From Octopus vulgaris (lineage: Eukaryota), in NCBI GenBank assembly GCA_951406725.2, contig OX597823.1, positions 26,164,001-26,228,000 on the forward strand: a DNA stretch of 64,000 nucleotides, given 5' to 3'. The notes below the pieces were generated by a model. It saw only the letters and a program-made list of their open reading frames with translations. It was not told the DNA's origin and did not search any database. The translations under genes and the position numbers were made by a program. This document shows, piece by piece, positions 1 through 12,894 of the stretch. Position 1 is the stretch's first letter, and each line of letters begins with the position of its first letter.

Positions 1-585
1 GAAGAGAAGACAACTCTTCAAAACAGCATATTTTTTTTGGTGTTGTCATTCAATTCATGCAGTACCAATTTCTCAAGTATTTTTGTTTTTCCAATCTCTT
101 TCAAGCAGTTGGAAATTGTCATCTAATTCAGAAGCAAGCTCTCAAACAGTTGTGTGTGGATTGGCTTTGACTAAGGCTCTTAGTTGATCGTTGTCAACAT
201 CCGATGGCCAGCTACTACACTTATCATCTTCAAGACTCTCGTCACTGCTACAAAATTTCTTGAACCACCATTGTGCTGTACATTCATTAGTGGTTCCTGG
301 GCCAAATGCATCGATGATATCGTGAGCTGTTTCAGCAGTTTTTCGATCTAGCTTAAACTGGAATAAGAAAATTGTGCAAATTTGCTTTTTGTCCATGTTG
401 TATTCAACATTCTGGAAAAAATAGCCTAATTATTCAAAAAGAGAAAGAGTAACATGATTAGATAGAGTGAAAAATGGGCTTTAAAATTATATATAAAGTC
501 AAAGTAATTTAATGAAAATTAATTTGAAAATACACCATTTAAAACCAAAATTAAAAATTCCACAAGAACTTTCTTGAAAACCTAA
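1..585 (-). mobile_element. Tc1/mariner transposon, 5' part, decayed (runs off the window start)
   Basis: ORF 142-396 (MDKKQICTIFLFQFKL...AQWWFKKF...SLEDD...RALVKANP) is a mariner N-terminal HTH. A degenerate WVPHEL motif (LVLHEL) follows after a stop. Minus-strand end TTAGGTTTTCAAGAAAGTTCTTG at 585 is TIR-like, with TA at 586-587. Confidence 0.9.
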
Positions 586-881
586 TATTTAACTGTTTTG
601 ACCTTTATTGCAGGGATCCCAGGTTAGTACCTTTTGTATAAGGAAGTCTTTCTTCCTGTCAGTAACATAAGATCCAAGGTAATCCTTGAGTTGTGTGCCA
701 TTGTTGGAACAAAATGGCAAGTGACTTTTATCCATGTCGATGGTTATGTACTCATTCTTCTTTCAACAGAGTTAGATTCACTTTGATTGCAGCATTCTCA
801 AGATATGTTAACAAGACATCTGCATCACACACTTGATGAGATATGAGGGCAAGATCATCAGCATATATGATAGACCCTGTA

Positions 882-1030
882 CAGTTCCGATCTGTCAAAT
901 TTACTCACAAGATATCTGACAACCCAGAATCATAGTAGAAGACACTTCCCAGGGTGTGACACAGTGGGGTTGAACCCAAAATCCTATGGCTACAAAGTAA
1001 ATGATTTTAGTCACACAGCCACACCTGCAC
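882..1030 (-). mobile_element. tRNA-head CORE-type SINE (family A), 5' fragment
   Basis: Diverged match to the head of fuller copies at 19520-19938 and 41447-41830. Confidence 0.7.
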
Positions 1031-1384
1031 GTATATCAGGTTGGAATGAAAGTTCATATATAATCAAATATATCTTAGATATATTTGATCTTCCAGTGTT
1101 GTCTATAACATCATTCTGTCTTTTACTGGATTTATTAATGCCTTATTTGCAAAATTCCAGTGGTTCTGATGAGAAATAAGAAACCAACTCTTTTTCAATC
1201 TCTTCTCTTGATGTCAGTCTTAGTCCATCAAAATGGTTTTGTAAACTCCTAAGCAAATGAGGAAAGAGCAAGATTGGAAGAACAAGGCAGCTGCAGCATT
1301 TTTTCTCAGCCAGTTTCTCTAGAAGATGTTTGGTGACTTTGTAGTGTGAAGAAGAGCATTATCAAGGTAGAAGATTGTTCCCTT

Positions 1385-1625
1385 CGTGTGCACTAAAGAT
1401 GCATTTACAGTCCATGTTCCATGCTGGCATGAATTGGATGGTATGACACAATTCAATAGGTCCAAGGACTGCATTGGGCTCCAATGTCATCTTTGGCATG
1501 TGGTTTCCCTGGCTGGATGCCCTTCCTAATGCCAACCACTTTATGCCATGCACTGGGTGCTTTTATTCATGCCACTAGCACTACTGATGTTGCTATGCAG
1601 CTTGCAGAACTATGAACTCTGGGAA
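1385..1625 (-). mobile_element. RTE-LINE 3' UTR fragment
   Basis: Shares CCATGCTGGCATG and GGCTGGATGCCCTTCCTAATGCCAACCAC with the tails attached to the RTE ORF remnants at 27.7-28.9 kb and 61.6-62.5 kb. Confidence 0.7.
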
Positions 1626-1777
1626 AGGTGGTCAGCTTCATGCTGGGGGTGGGGGTCAAGGGGTTAAAGTATGAGGTGGGAGCAAGGCAGGTTCTTGTAG
1701 AGGATCTTCATGGCAATTTACATTTTGCAGGGGAGGAGGAGAAAAAGAAAAGAAAAATGACCAGTAGGAACTGCAAT

Positions 1778-2003
1778 GATCTGGCAGAAATGTTAGAATG
1801 CAGGGCGAAATGCTTAGCGATATTTCGTCTGCCATTACGTTCTGAGTTCAAATTCTGCTGAGGTCAACTTTGCCTTTCATCCTTTCAGGGTCGATAAATT
1901 AAGTATCAGTTATGCACTGGAGTCAATGTAATCGACTTAATCCTTTTGTCTGTCCTTGTTTGTCCCCTCCATGTTTAGCCCCTTGTGGGCAATAAAGAAA
2001 TAA
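1778..2003 (+). mobile_element. tRNA-derived SINE (family B)
   Basis: A-box-like TGGCAGAAATGTTAG, B-box GAGTTCAAATTC and central TTTGCCTTTCATCCTTTCAGGGTCGATAAATTAAGTA. Other copies at 10572, 14260, 14620, 46625 and 46860. Confidence 0.8.
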
Positions 2004-2278
2004 GGAACTGCAACGAGATAGATAATGGCCATGAGGTGGTCAGCTGACACTTCAAGATATACAGTGAGTAGAAAAGGGTGCGTGGGTGGTTTGCAAGATT
2101 GTATGGGGAGCAGGAGATGAAGGGATGGGGAAGCAGACTAGAGCACTAGTTCATCAAATGAGATAAGACTAAAAAATCTTCATCAAATATTTATAGATTG
2201 CAAGACATACAAAATAGTTATCTTAAGTTCAATTTGTAGCATCTATTGGAAAAAAAGAATGATTAGAACATCCTTAGT

Positions 2279-2353
2279 ATGTGTGTGTGTGTATTTATAA
2301 ATGAATGCATATGTGTGTATGTATGTTTGTGTGTATATATGTGTATGTATATA

Positions 2354-2411
<58 letters not shown>

Positions 2412-2440
2412 TACATACATACATATGCACACACATACTG
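2279..2440. repeat. (TG)n/(TA)n/(CA)n compound microsatellite
   Basis: Directly visible. Confidence 0.95.
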
Positions 2441-2774
2441 ATATAAATACATGTGATGTTTACATTGTTCTCACTCACTATCATCCTTGCCATTATTGTT
2501 GTTGTTGTTATCATAATCCCAACATTACTATCAACACCAGCATCACTCCTAAATCCGTTTCCTTCCTCCCTTCAGAGTCAAGTCCTGCTACTTTTACCAT
2601 TCTCAGCCGTGTCTGCCTCCATGAGCCTCACAGCATCTTATCAAGCATCAGGTGTTATTCATCCTCCGTTTATTAATCCATCTGCACCTCCACCACAATC
2701 ACCACACACCGTCTTCCTTAATACATTGTACTCGGCCATCCCCTCTTCCCTCTACATCAGCACCCTTACCACTT

Positions 2775-3085
2775 GCATCATCATCATCAGCAGCATCTCC
2801 TCCTTGTCCTTATCCCCATTAAAACTCTCATGACCATCAAGATCAACACTGGTATCACTGCATCATCTTCATCACCACCACCACTGCAACCAATTGTTAT
2901 CATCATCATCACCATCATCACCACCACTCTTACCATCACCACAACCTTTACCTTCACCATCACTGCCACCATCACCACCATCATCATTACCACTATTACC
3001 ACCATCACCATCACCCTCATCACTAGCACTATCATCACCACCACCACCATCATCACCATCACCACCATCGTCATTGTCATCATGT
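2775..3085. repeat. (CAT)n/(CAC)n low-complexity trinucleotide tract
   Basis: Directly visible; explains the poly-T/I/S/P and poly-M/V ORFs. Confidence 0.9.
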
Positions 3086-4572
3086 GGCTTCTATTAGGAA
3101 TTAAAATCTCACACCTTTAACTGAAGTATTTATATTATGTATTTAATATAATATAAAGTTTTAGTCACAACATTATCCTATTTAGTGAGTTTTGGTGAAT
3201 TGTTTACTAAGATTGTTGATTGTAGTTTAATTAATTGATTTTAGTAAATATATGTTGTTTAGGTCCGAGTTCAGCCTTTGATCAAACAGCAAAAGTCATG
3301 ACCAAATGTCCAGGACAGCATTATCCAATGTATTCTTCCCAGTTTTTTTTTTAAAAGAGAGAGGGAGATTTGGTTGCCATTTTTAGTCAGTCCAACAACT
3401 GCATTTGTTGTGGTGGTGAAGCTTCTAGATCAGTATTTGATCCAGGGGATCCAGAGACAAAAGTGTTCCACCTGTCTCCATCCCTATCTTTTTATGTCTA
3501 GAACTACATTGTCTATGTATCTTTAGATCTCAGTGTTATTTGAAAGAGATTTAATTGCTATTTTTAGCAGATCAAGCAACCTCTTGTTAGCTTTCAGTGA
3601 ATAGCTGTTTGTAAAATTATGCCAGATCAAGCAAACAACCAAGTGGATGACAGTTTATACCCTGTCATTGGCACTGGGCTGTGTCTGTGAGCAGGATGTT
3701 CGAAATCTCAAATGGTTAAGTTCACCAAGCTGAAAGCAGGTCTCACCAACAGAAGAAGATTAATTGACTGTTCTAAAAACTACATTAAGTACAATAGACA
3801 AATTAAACTCCTCTGGTTTCAGTTGTTTTAGACATGTGTACCCTTATTCTAATTGTCAGGTAGAATCAGCATGATACAGTGTGTGACAAAACTGTGTGTG
3901 TGTGTTATGGGGGACCTCTATTGTTCAATGATGAAGATTCAGCTCTTTAATTAACTGAATTACTTGCCCCTGATGTAACACGTAAGTGGCTGAGTATTCC
4001 AAAAGATACATACACCATTCATATAATCCTCAGATAGAATTAGTATGTAACAGTATATAACAAAGCTGTGTGGTGAGTGTGTATGTGTGGTGCGTGTGTA
4101 TGTGTGTGTATGTGTGTGTGCATGCGTGTGTGTGTGTAGACCTCTACCGTTCGATGGAGCAGATTCAGTTATTCAATTGACTGAATTACTTTCTCCTGAA
4201 CTAATATGTAAGAGAAGTTGAGTAGTCCTCATGTCCCAGTGTACCATTGAGTGAGACAAAATTGTGCCTTTGAATTGTATGTACAACACATCTGCCAGGC
4301 GTCTGAACAGAGTCCAGCTACCCAATTTCACTCATAAGCCTGGGGTTAACCCAAGAAAATTGTGAGACACTTGTTCAAGATGTCACACAATGGGATTGAA
4401 TCTGAGATCACATAATTTGGCGACAAACTTCTTAACCATTCAGCCATGATGCATCCACACTAAAACAACAATGTTATCAGGAGGACATTAATAGTGATTT
4501 GTTACCTAAGAGTTTTGAGTTCAACTCTTCTTGTGGATCTGAACAATTATCCTTTTTTGTTTTGTTTTTTAA

Positions 4573-4779
4573 TACTTTTGATACTAACCAACCTGAGACC
4601 ACTCCAAGTCCTATTTTAAAGTGATCTAAACTAAAACCTTCCATCAAAATTTCTTATCAGCATATGTTCTAAACAACAGCTTAATAATGATAAAGCTATT
4701 TTACTAAATTATTCCTTTATTTTAAAAATTAACTGACACAAAAGCAGTTTATTTCAATAAAAATTTGGTAACAAAAGGG
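4573..4779. mobile_element. piggyBac-like MITE, decayed
   Basis: TTAA at 4569-4572 and 4780-4783. Right end GTAACAAAAGGG; left end degenerate. Confidence 0.5.
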
Positions 4780-6559
4780 TTAATGTTTAATCAGAGAAAG
4801 AAAGGCTATGAAAAGTTAGCTAATGATATTTATCATTCAACAAATTTCATTAGATCTCATTTGTCAATAAGAATCATTGATTTTGTGTATACATATAAAT
4901 AAATTAAAGACAGAATCCTAACCGCCCCATCATCAGTACATTCTGGTAACAAGTCATAATAAATTAATGAAATGAAACAAAACTTTCACCATTGTGTAAT
5001 CTAGGATTTGTGAGATGATCTGGAACAGAAGATTAATGATTATTTTCCCTGGATTAATCAAAATTTATGAACCATTTTGTCTTTGTAATTTTATATTTTT
5101 ATTTCCCCTCTTTTCTTCCCTTCAAAATCCAAAAGGGCCACTGATAAGTCCTAGTTCTGGTTTGATTGTTGAAGTAGATTAGAAATAAATATTTGCTTGT
5201 ATAAGAAATCAGTTTATTGCATCTAACATACACAGATGATTAGCACCTAGGCTGAATAATTTAAAATAATGAGCCACAATGCAATATACTCATTGGATTT
5301 GAACCCACAAACTAGAAACTCATAGTCCTATGCCTTAACTTCTCAGACATTTCTCATTAACATTTGAAATGATCAGAAGTAAAAAAAGAGAGGGCTTAAT
5401 GTTTTAATCAAGAAACTCTCAGAAAAAACAAAACAAAAATGAACCAGTAAGCAGCAGCCCTATTTATAATGTATGTAATGGAACAAGTTATAAGCTGGAA
5501 TCAAAAGTCCTTTTCACAGTCACAAGACAGAGAAATATGTGAAAATATTTACCCACAGTGGCAGCTTAACCTAAAATATGAGTGAAAAACTGTCCATACC
5601 CATTGATTTAAAATGGTATAGATAAGCCAAAAATATATCTCAAAAGTTAGGCCATCTTTTCAGGGCCAGAAATAACTTCAGCTCTGAAAAGCTGCTAATC
5701 TTATACAAAGCATAAATGTGACCCACATTGAAAAAACTGCTCACATGCCAGGGATGGTGCTGTTAATTCATACAGAAACATTGTAGACTGCATCCATAAA
5801 GAGGCCATCTGGCTGATTGGCAAGTTACTAACACACTACAACCCTGTACACTGTCCTCACTCTGTCACTTCTATCATTACTACAATGCTTTTTGTTTTTT
5901 GGAACTAAAAGCTGTGCACTGTCCCAATACAAGGCACCCAGTTTATCTACTTCTCCTCTTAATATCTGTAATGTGTAGAAAAGGAGTCAATCAGGCAGAT
6001 ACTCAATAATTAGAAACAAGTAGAGTGTTATAGCTAAAACCAAATGGACAATTGTTACATATATTCTCTGTCCTTTCATGAAGTCTTGGGGTTGATTGGG
6101 CTTGTGCTTAACAATAAATTTTTACAACATTAAGTGGATGAGAAATAAATCTCCTGCTAGAGAGGATGACACTCAATTGCAGTTAACTTTACTGTGAAAA
6201 GGAAGTGCTACAAGTTGATAAATCACTTGTCCATATTACAATGTTATTGTTATTTATAATACAGCACCGTACCACCCTACACTACCCACTTACAGTAAGA
6301 TGGACTCACCTATTGATAGCTAAGTGTCTCAGTCAAAAGTACAATGCAGTAGAATATGTGTGGTTGTTGTTTTTGTTGTCATTATTGTTGCCATTGTTGT
6401 TGACCCATGTCAACACTGATTGAGTAGACCATTCCAACCATGACTATCTCTTGTTTTCAGGAATAGTGTAACTGAGGTTAAAGAGCAACAACATCATTAG
6501 TTATAAGTTATTGAAATTAATTTATTTTGAGACCATTTATTCATGAAAATAAAGAAAAA

Positions 6560-8430
6560 CTCACAGGCCAAGTACTTTGATATAAGGAATTTCAGACTAG
6601 TTTTGGTTGATAAAAGACTCATCTCGCCCATAAGTACTACAGAAGAGTCAGACTAATATTTAGGATTGAACCCAACCCACAAGCTATTCCAGTTATAAAC
6701 AACAATCTCAACATAAACTTAGAAAAGTCATGGAACAACCAACAGTATTCACTCTAAAGCTTGTACCAATAAAATAATATACCTACTCTATACACGTGAC
6801 AGATAGGGTCTGATACAAATAGAAAACTATTACAAAATAACAATAGTAGGACGAGAGAAATACTTAAAAGCAAACATAGGGAATCTGATTAGTGTAATAT
6901 GGAAACAAAGAAAATACAAACATGTTTCTCTAGATATGAGGAAACAGTGAGGTATAAAGTGGAGACTAACTACACAGTAAAAAGATGTGGATAAGGACAA
7001 AACAATGGAAAATGTTTTTTAAAAAATTAAAAAAAATGAAAATACAAAATAAAAAAAAAAAATTCCAAAATATACTGAAGAAAAAACGAAGAGAAAACAT
7101 TGCATGGCAATATCTTGCAAGGCTAGACAGAAAAGCAGTAAACCAAAGTGAAAACCAATAATGGCTCAAAAGCTTTGGGCTAAAAGCAGAAACAGGAGAT
7201 CTGACTTTAGCTGTGCATAACCAATACATAGCTACAAACAAGTACAAAAATAAAATAATGCAGACTATGCAACCAGTACAATGAAACAGTTGCCAACATC
7301 ATTTCCAACAGTTCAGTTCTTGCCAAGTCCAATTATATTCACAAACATGATCAAGTTGGCAGCTATGTTGACTGAGCAATATGCTGAAACTTTGACATGA
7401 AAAAAAAAGATAACAAGCAGTATAAACATGTACCAAACACAGTAAATGATGACTAAGTCTAAATCACTTGAGACATCATACTTGTCCAAACTGATATGGA
7501 GATCAAAGAAACCTACCAGTTTTAATAATTAGAGCTTGGAATTAAAATGTCTGTACTCTAGACATCTTGATCCCTTCTGAACAAAACATTGATCTCCATC
7601 CACCCCACTCCTCAAAAAAGAAAAGAAGAAGAAGAAAAAAGAGGAAGCTTTTACAGTGTAAGGGTTGTGAAATTGTGATAAGCAGAATGTGGAGCAAAGT
7701 AAAAACAATAGCAACAGTAATTAGAACCCTGGGTATGATTTTAAAAAAAATCTAAACTAAAACATACATAAAAACCACACCGTGGCTCACACAGTCTAAA
7801 TGATATCACTGCTAGACATAGCTTATGTCCAGAACAAGACACTTTGAATTCATGAACTTAGCTTAGCATACAATAATACCACATACCTGGTATAGTATAT
7901 GAGTATATAGTATACAGTATATAGTGTACAGTATATATAGTATGATATAGTATACCATAACTACCACATAAAATAACATAATTCACACAACACATATCCT
8001 AGCAATCATAGAGAAACAATATAATACATAATTTACACAATCAACACCCAATAAAATAACAATAACATAACTGATATGCAATATATAACTTCAAAACCTC
8101 ACATTCTATACAGTTGTCTCTTATTAATATAATACAATTCACAGGGCCCATACACAACCACCACTTGACACTAAAACACATAATATCAATCATACAGTAT
8201 ATATGAAACACAACACCACCCAACAAACTAACACAACTCACATTACATATAATCTATGCAAGAGACAAAACAATAAATAACATCCGAAACAACAAAACAA
8301 ACATCATAACAAAGCAAAAGACCTGAAGACAATTCTATATTCACACACCTCAGAAATATGGAGGTGCACCTAGTGGTGCTGTAGTAACTTGCATAAAACT
8401 GATGCAAACGTGATAGTAATAATAATAATA
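6560..8430 (+). mobile_element. R4/Dong-clade non-LTR retrotransposon, C-terminal part and 3' UTR, decayed
   Basis: My translation gives QWLKSFGLKAETG, CRLCNQYNETVANIIS (zinc-knuckle remnant, ~7260-7310), HKHDQV, VQTD and IPSEQN, then SRMWSKVKTIATVIRTLGMI (restriction-like endonuclease end). Ends in (AAT)n at ~8417-8430. Confidence 0.75.
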
Positions 8431-8449
8431 TTGCATATAACATAAAAAC

Positions 8450-9130
8450 AACATGAAGCACAAATATACAAAAAATGTTAGAAAATATCTCTCTATCCTT
8501 AATGAAATCAATAACAGAAAAAATTATGCAAATGAAAAAAAGTGGAATAAGAGACAAATACTATAGAAATATAACATTACAAAACAAAAAAAAAACCGTA
8601 TCTGAAATCAAAGAACACCTGACACAACAGATTCTTCCTAAATTGCAAAGAATCTGTTAGGATGAAAAACAACAATGATTCTTTGAACAGAACAAACAGT
8701 TTGATTCCAACCCAAAATGATTTTATTAAGAATTTGGTAAAAAATAAAATATAAATCAAAGCAACACCAACAACAAGAGAAACAAAAATCCTAGAACAGA
8801 GCATCATGGGAAGTGAAAGGATTACTACAGACAAGGTGGTCGAAAACAATGAAGACAACATCTGAATAATCATGAGAGGCCAAAGAATCAAATGAAATAA
8901 CCCTGATACAATAAAACACTTTTGGTTAAAATATTTAACAGCAACAGTGAAGTATAATGAGATATTGATGAAGCTGGAGGCAACTCCTGACTGCTTCGCT
9001 GAGGAGAAAACTTCTTCGATCCTCAAAACTAAAGAAACAGAAAATTTTAAAGTCAACAGGCCCATAACTTGCTGTCTCACAACCCACAAAACCTTAACTT
9101 GTAATAATATATTCTTAAAACCAAAAAAAG
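8450..9130 (+). mobile_element. R4/Dong-clade RT N-terminal fragment
   Basis: NPDTIKHFWLKYLT and PDCFAEEKTSSILK...NRPITCCLTTHKTLT (ORF 8947-9237) match the PGPD..FWLK and YRPITCL..YK motifs of non-LTR reverse transcriptases. Confidence 0.75.
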
Positions 9131-9160
9131 ATATCAAATGTAGAACTAGAACCCCTAAAT

Positions 9161-9438
9161 CAGTGGTTTCCAGACTTTTTGGGGCTGCCGCTCCCTTGAC
9201 ATCCAGGCCACATTCCCACCGCCCCCATCCCAACTAACCATCCTCTTTCTAAAGCAAATTCAAAGCAACTGTATTTCACAAATAAAACTTAACCTAATGA
9301 ACCCATCATTTGGTTGTTTTTACATGAATTGCCACCCCATTATAGCCCCAATTTTTACATGAATTGCTACCCCATGCCCCCTTGGAACTTTCTACCACCC
9401 CAGGGAGGCAACACTGCTGGCCACTTTGAAAACCACTG
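9161..9438. mobile_element. hAT (Charlie-like) MITE
   Basis: TIRs CAGTGGTTT/AAACCACTG with a perfect 8-bp TSD CCCTAAAT (9153-9160, 9439-9446). Confidence 0.9.
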
Positions 9439-10360
9439 CCCTAAATGAAAGAATACATAACTTAGGGAAGAAAATGTTTATGAAAATAATCTAAAACTAG
9501 AAGCAAAGAATTATAATTGAGAAATCTTCTTAGGACCAATTAAAGGCTTCATCTAAAATAAAGCTTAAAACTAAAAGAGTAACAATAATAAAAAAGACAA
9601 ACCAGGTCATTGTAAACTTAATAAAAACAGATACAAACATCAATATCACAAGGATTAACCAAATAACGGATGTAGAACAGTATACACGCATTACAAAGTG
9701 AAAGTAGATACTCCATCAGATCCGTGGCCAGTAATAAAGTCACGGGAAAATGTTACAATTTTGGCAAGGAAAAAAGTCGCAATTAATTTATGGTGGCCGG
9801 TAATAAAGTCACACAAAAAAGTAACAATTTTTCTCTAGGAAAGAAAGTTAGGTAATCAAACTAAAATATTTAAGTCAGTCACAATTTATTAAAGTATCAT
9901 AAACAATTAAAGTAATAAAACAAAAAATATTTTAAATCAGTTATTAACTGACAATACATGACTTGTACATATTAACAACACTATTTATATATGATTGAGC
10001 AGCTTTTTAGCTAGTATATAGCTTTTAAGCAACTGACCCAGAATGGGAAGATCTGCAAACAGATCTCTGACTAGCTCTGGAGAATTTGTAGCAATTACTT
10101 CCTCCAGAGTCATATCCCAATGATGATCATATTCGTCGCAAAAAATAAAAAATAAAAAGTCACCGAAAACAATCGCAGTAATGAAAACATAGGAATTCCA
10201 AATTTCAGGATTGCACGTCCGGACTCGGCCCGGAATGTTTTTAATTTACTCACGGAGTCAGCCTGATTTCAAAGTGGCATGTTATGTTGGGCTAAGCCTT
10301 CTAGGAGTAAAGTTGAAAAGTGTGGCATTGACACATTTATTATATTATATTATTATAGTA

Positions 10361-10558
10361 CAGTGGTTCCCAAACTATGAGTCGCGACCCACAGATGGGT
10401 CGCAAACGGAATCTTAGTGGGTCGCAAAAAGTTATAAACTTACACATTAGCTTTGATTAACTGCTGTCTATCAAGATAGTTCAGTAGAGTTAAGTGGGTC
10501 GTCATAAACTGGTGTGATAAATAGTGGGTCGCGACTCTAAAAAGTTTGGGAACCACTG
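10361..10558. mobile_element. hAT MITE
   Basis: 16-bp TIRs CAGTGGTTCCCAAACT/AGTTTGGGAACCACTG; 8-bp TSD TTATAGTA on both sides. Confidence 0.93.
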
Positions 10559-10571
10559 TTATAGTACATTA

Positions 10572-10785
10572 AGGTGACAAGCTGACAGAATTGTTAGAAT
10601 GCCAGGCAAAAAGCTTAGTGATATTTCGCCTACTGTTAGGTTTTGAGTTCGTGTTACGCCGAGGTCGGCTTTGCCTTTCATCCTTTTGGGTCGATAAAAT
10701 TAGTACCATTTACGTACTGCAGTCGATGTATCGACTTAAACCTGCCCCCAAAATTTGAGGTCCTGTTCTTCCAGTAGAAAGGATT
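10572..10785 (+). mobile_element. SINE family B
   Basis: Homologous to 1778-2003 over head and central block. Confidence 0.75.
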
Positions 10786-10889
10786 TATTAAAGTTGAAGA
10801 AGTGTGATACACTGACATTCACATTTATTATATCAGATATGTTTAATTTTAGGGAAACTTTATTTATATATTAGATATGTGTGTTTATA

Positions 10890-11163
10890 CTCTATTACTC
10901 TTTTACTTGTTTCAGTCATGTGACTGTGGCCATGCTGGAGCACCGCCTTTAGTCGAACAAATCGACCCCAGGACTTATTCTTTGTAAGCCTAGTACTTAA
11001 TCTATCGGTCTCTTTTTGCCGAATCGCTAAGTTACGGGGACGTAAACACACAAATCGGTTGTCAAGCGATGTTGGGGGGACAGACACACACAAACACACA
11101 CATATACATATACATATATACGACGGGCTTCTTTCAGTTTCCGTCTACCAAATCCACTCACAA
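10890..11163 (-). mobile_element. SINE family A, 5'-truncated
   Basis: Little-diverged body and tail (CTTGTTTCAGTCA..GACTGTGGCCATGCTGGAGCACCGCC). Confidence 0.85.
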
Positions 11164-11639
11164 TGTTGGCAACAGGAATTTCTCTCAAAGAGACATGGTT
11201 AAACAAAGTTGTACATCATCTCCCTCTTTCTCTCTCTTTTATTATTACTCCCACTGCCACCATCAACACTACTACTTTTAATAAAACATCAACTCTCCCT
11301 AAATTTCTTTTCTTTCTTTCTCTCTTTTTCTTTCTCTCTTTTTGTCTTCGCCACCACCCTCACCACCTCTATGCCTACTATTACTTTCACCCCATCCAGA
11401 GGAATAGTAGGAGAATCACTGAATAGTGAGAGAGGGGGTCTAAGTGTGACACACTGACACACAGAAATTAGTTCTCGCATTTATTATATTAGATGGCATT
11501 ACATGTGATTATTTTTCCGTGACTTTTTTTTTACATGAATTCATCAGATCTATTCACATAAGAATATCTAAATCCTGGCAAATAACTTAAAAACACACAG
11601 AAAATAAAGAAAATATCTCTTAATCCAGAAAGAAATCAA

Positions 11640-12263
11640 GGCAAGACTTCCGCCCCCCACCCCCCAAAAAAAACACCCTTTAAAAAAGTTTTTTTTCGAC
11701 ACAAACTCCTCTTTTCGGCTATGGGAAATACGAATCTGCAAAAAAATTGGCAAAAATCGACATTTCAAAATTACTCCCACCCCATTTCCTTCATTTTAAA
11801 CTTTTTTCATAATTTTTTTTTTCTTCAAAATATCCAGAAAAATACTCAGATTATGATGATTCTGAAAAAAAATTTCCAAAAATCTTTGTAAAATTTTTTT
11901 TCTAAATATGCGGAAAAATATGGACGTCATGATTTGAACAAAAATTTCAAAACATTTCTGTACTTACGGTTACGGTTTTAGGGTTAGGGTTTTAGGATTA
12001 AGGTTTTAGGGTTAGAGTTAGAGTTTTAAGGTTAGGGTTGGGGTGTTAGGGTTAGGGTTTTAGGGTGTTAGGGTTAATGTTGGGGGACAAAAGTCAAAAT
12101 TGAAGAAGTTGTGGGGGGGAAATGGGGGAAAATTTTCACAATGCCGATTTTTGACAATTTTCTGGAAACTTCGTATCCGAAAACGGGGATTTTTGGCAAT
12201 AAAAAATTACAAAAATAAACAAATTTGGGAGAAAATGGGGTGGGAGCGGGCGGAAGTCTTTCT
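11640..12263. mobile_element. Merlin-like MITE with internal degenerate (TTAGGG)n
   Basis: Ends GGCAAGACTTCCGCCC and GGGCGGAAGTCTTTCT; 8-bp TSD GAAATCAA (11632-11639, 12264-12271); ~150-bp imperfect inverted arms. Superfamily inferred only from GG terminus and 8-bp TSD. Confidence 0.7.
11975..12075 (+). repeat. Interstitial telomere-like TTAGGG array
   Basis: About 15 degenerate TTAGGG/TTTTAGGG units. Confidence 0.85.
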
Positions 12264-12824
12264 GAAATCAATAACAACTGACACAAATGCAGAAAAAAAG
12301 AAATATAACAATCCCACAGTACATCACTGGCAAATTTGTATGAGAAGTTTTTTAAAAAAGCTCGTAAAGTTTAACATTTTGAGAAAAAAATATTTGAAAA
12401 AAAGTTATTGCTTACCGTGTCATACTTGTGTACAACAAAAATTCCGAATAATACGTTTTTCAAAACATTAAAACCTTAGTAAGGGTTTTCTGAAGCTTTA
12501 AATCATTTATAAAAATCTGCAGTATCTATAGATACCCCTTTCGACATCCCAGTGCGTCACGGTCACATTTGAGGCCCAATGTCTTATGCCATCCAATAAA
12601 ATAATACTATACACTGGTTTACATCTTCGATACCTAGTACTATGACACCAACAATTCACATTCTACACACCTACCCTCTGTTCATATAACACAAACCATG
12701 TACTAGATATTCCACATTAAAACCACCCAACTATAAAATACATCGTACCACTCAAACAGCAGCACATAGTGCATAGTTATATAATAGATGAAGAATTAAA
12801 ATAACACTAAAAACAAAAATAAGC

Positions 12825-12873
<49 letters not shown>

Positions 12874-12894
12874 GTTGTTATTATTATTATTATT

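Larger units (their letters stand above)
9723..11541. mobile_element. Mutator-like non-autonomous element with nested insertions
   Basis: Inverted subterminal AAAGTCACGG/CCGTGACTTT motifs; 9-bp direct repeat CATCAGATC at 9714-9722 and 11542-11550. Confidence 0.55.

Noticed and set aside
2243-3120. Several 70-126 aa ORFs
   Set aside because: Translations of dinucleotide and (CAT/CAC)n repeats. The same applies to the YIYI/CVCV/THTH ORFs throughout the window.
8577-9233. 218-aa hydrophobic minus-strand ORF
   Set aside because: Antisense shadow of an A-rich R4/Dong fragment plus a hAT MITE.
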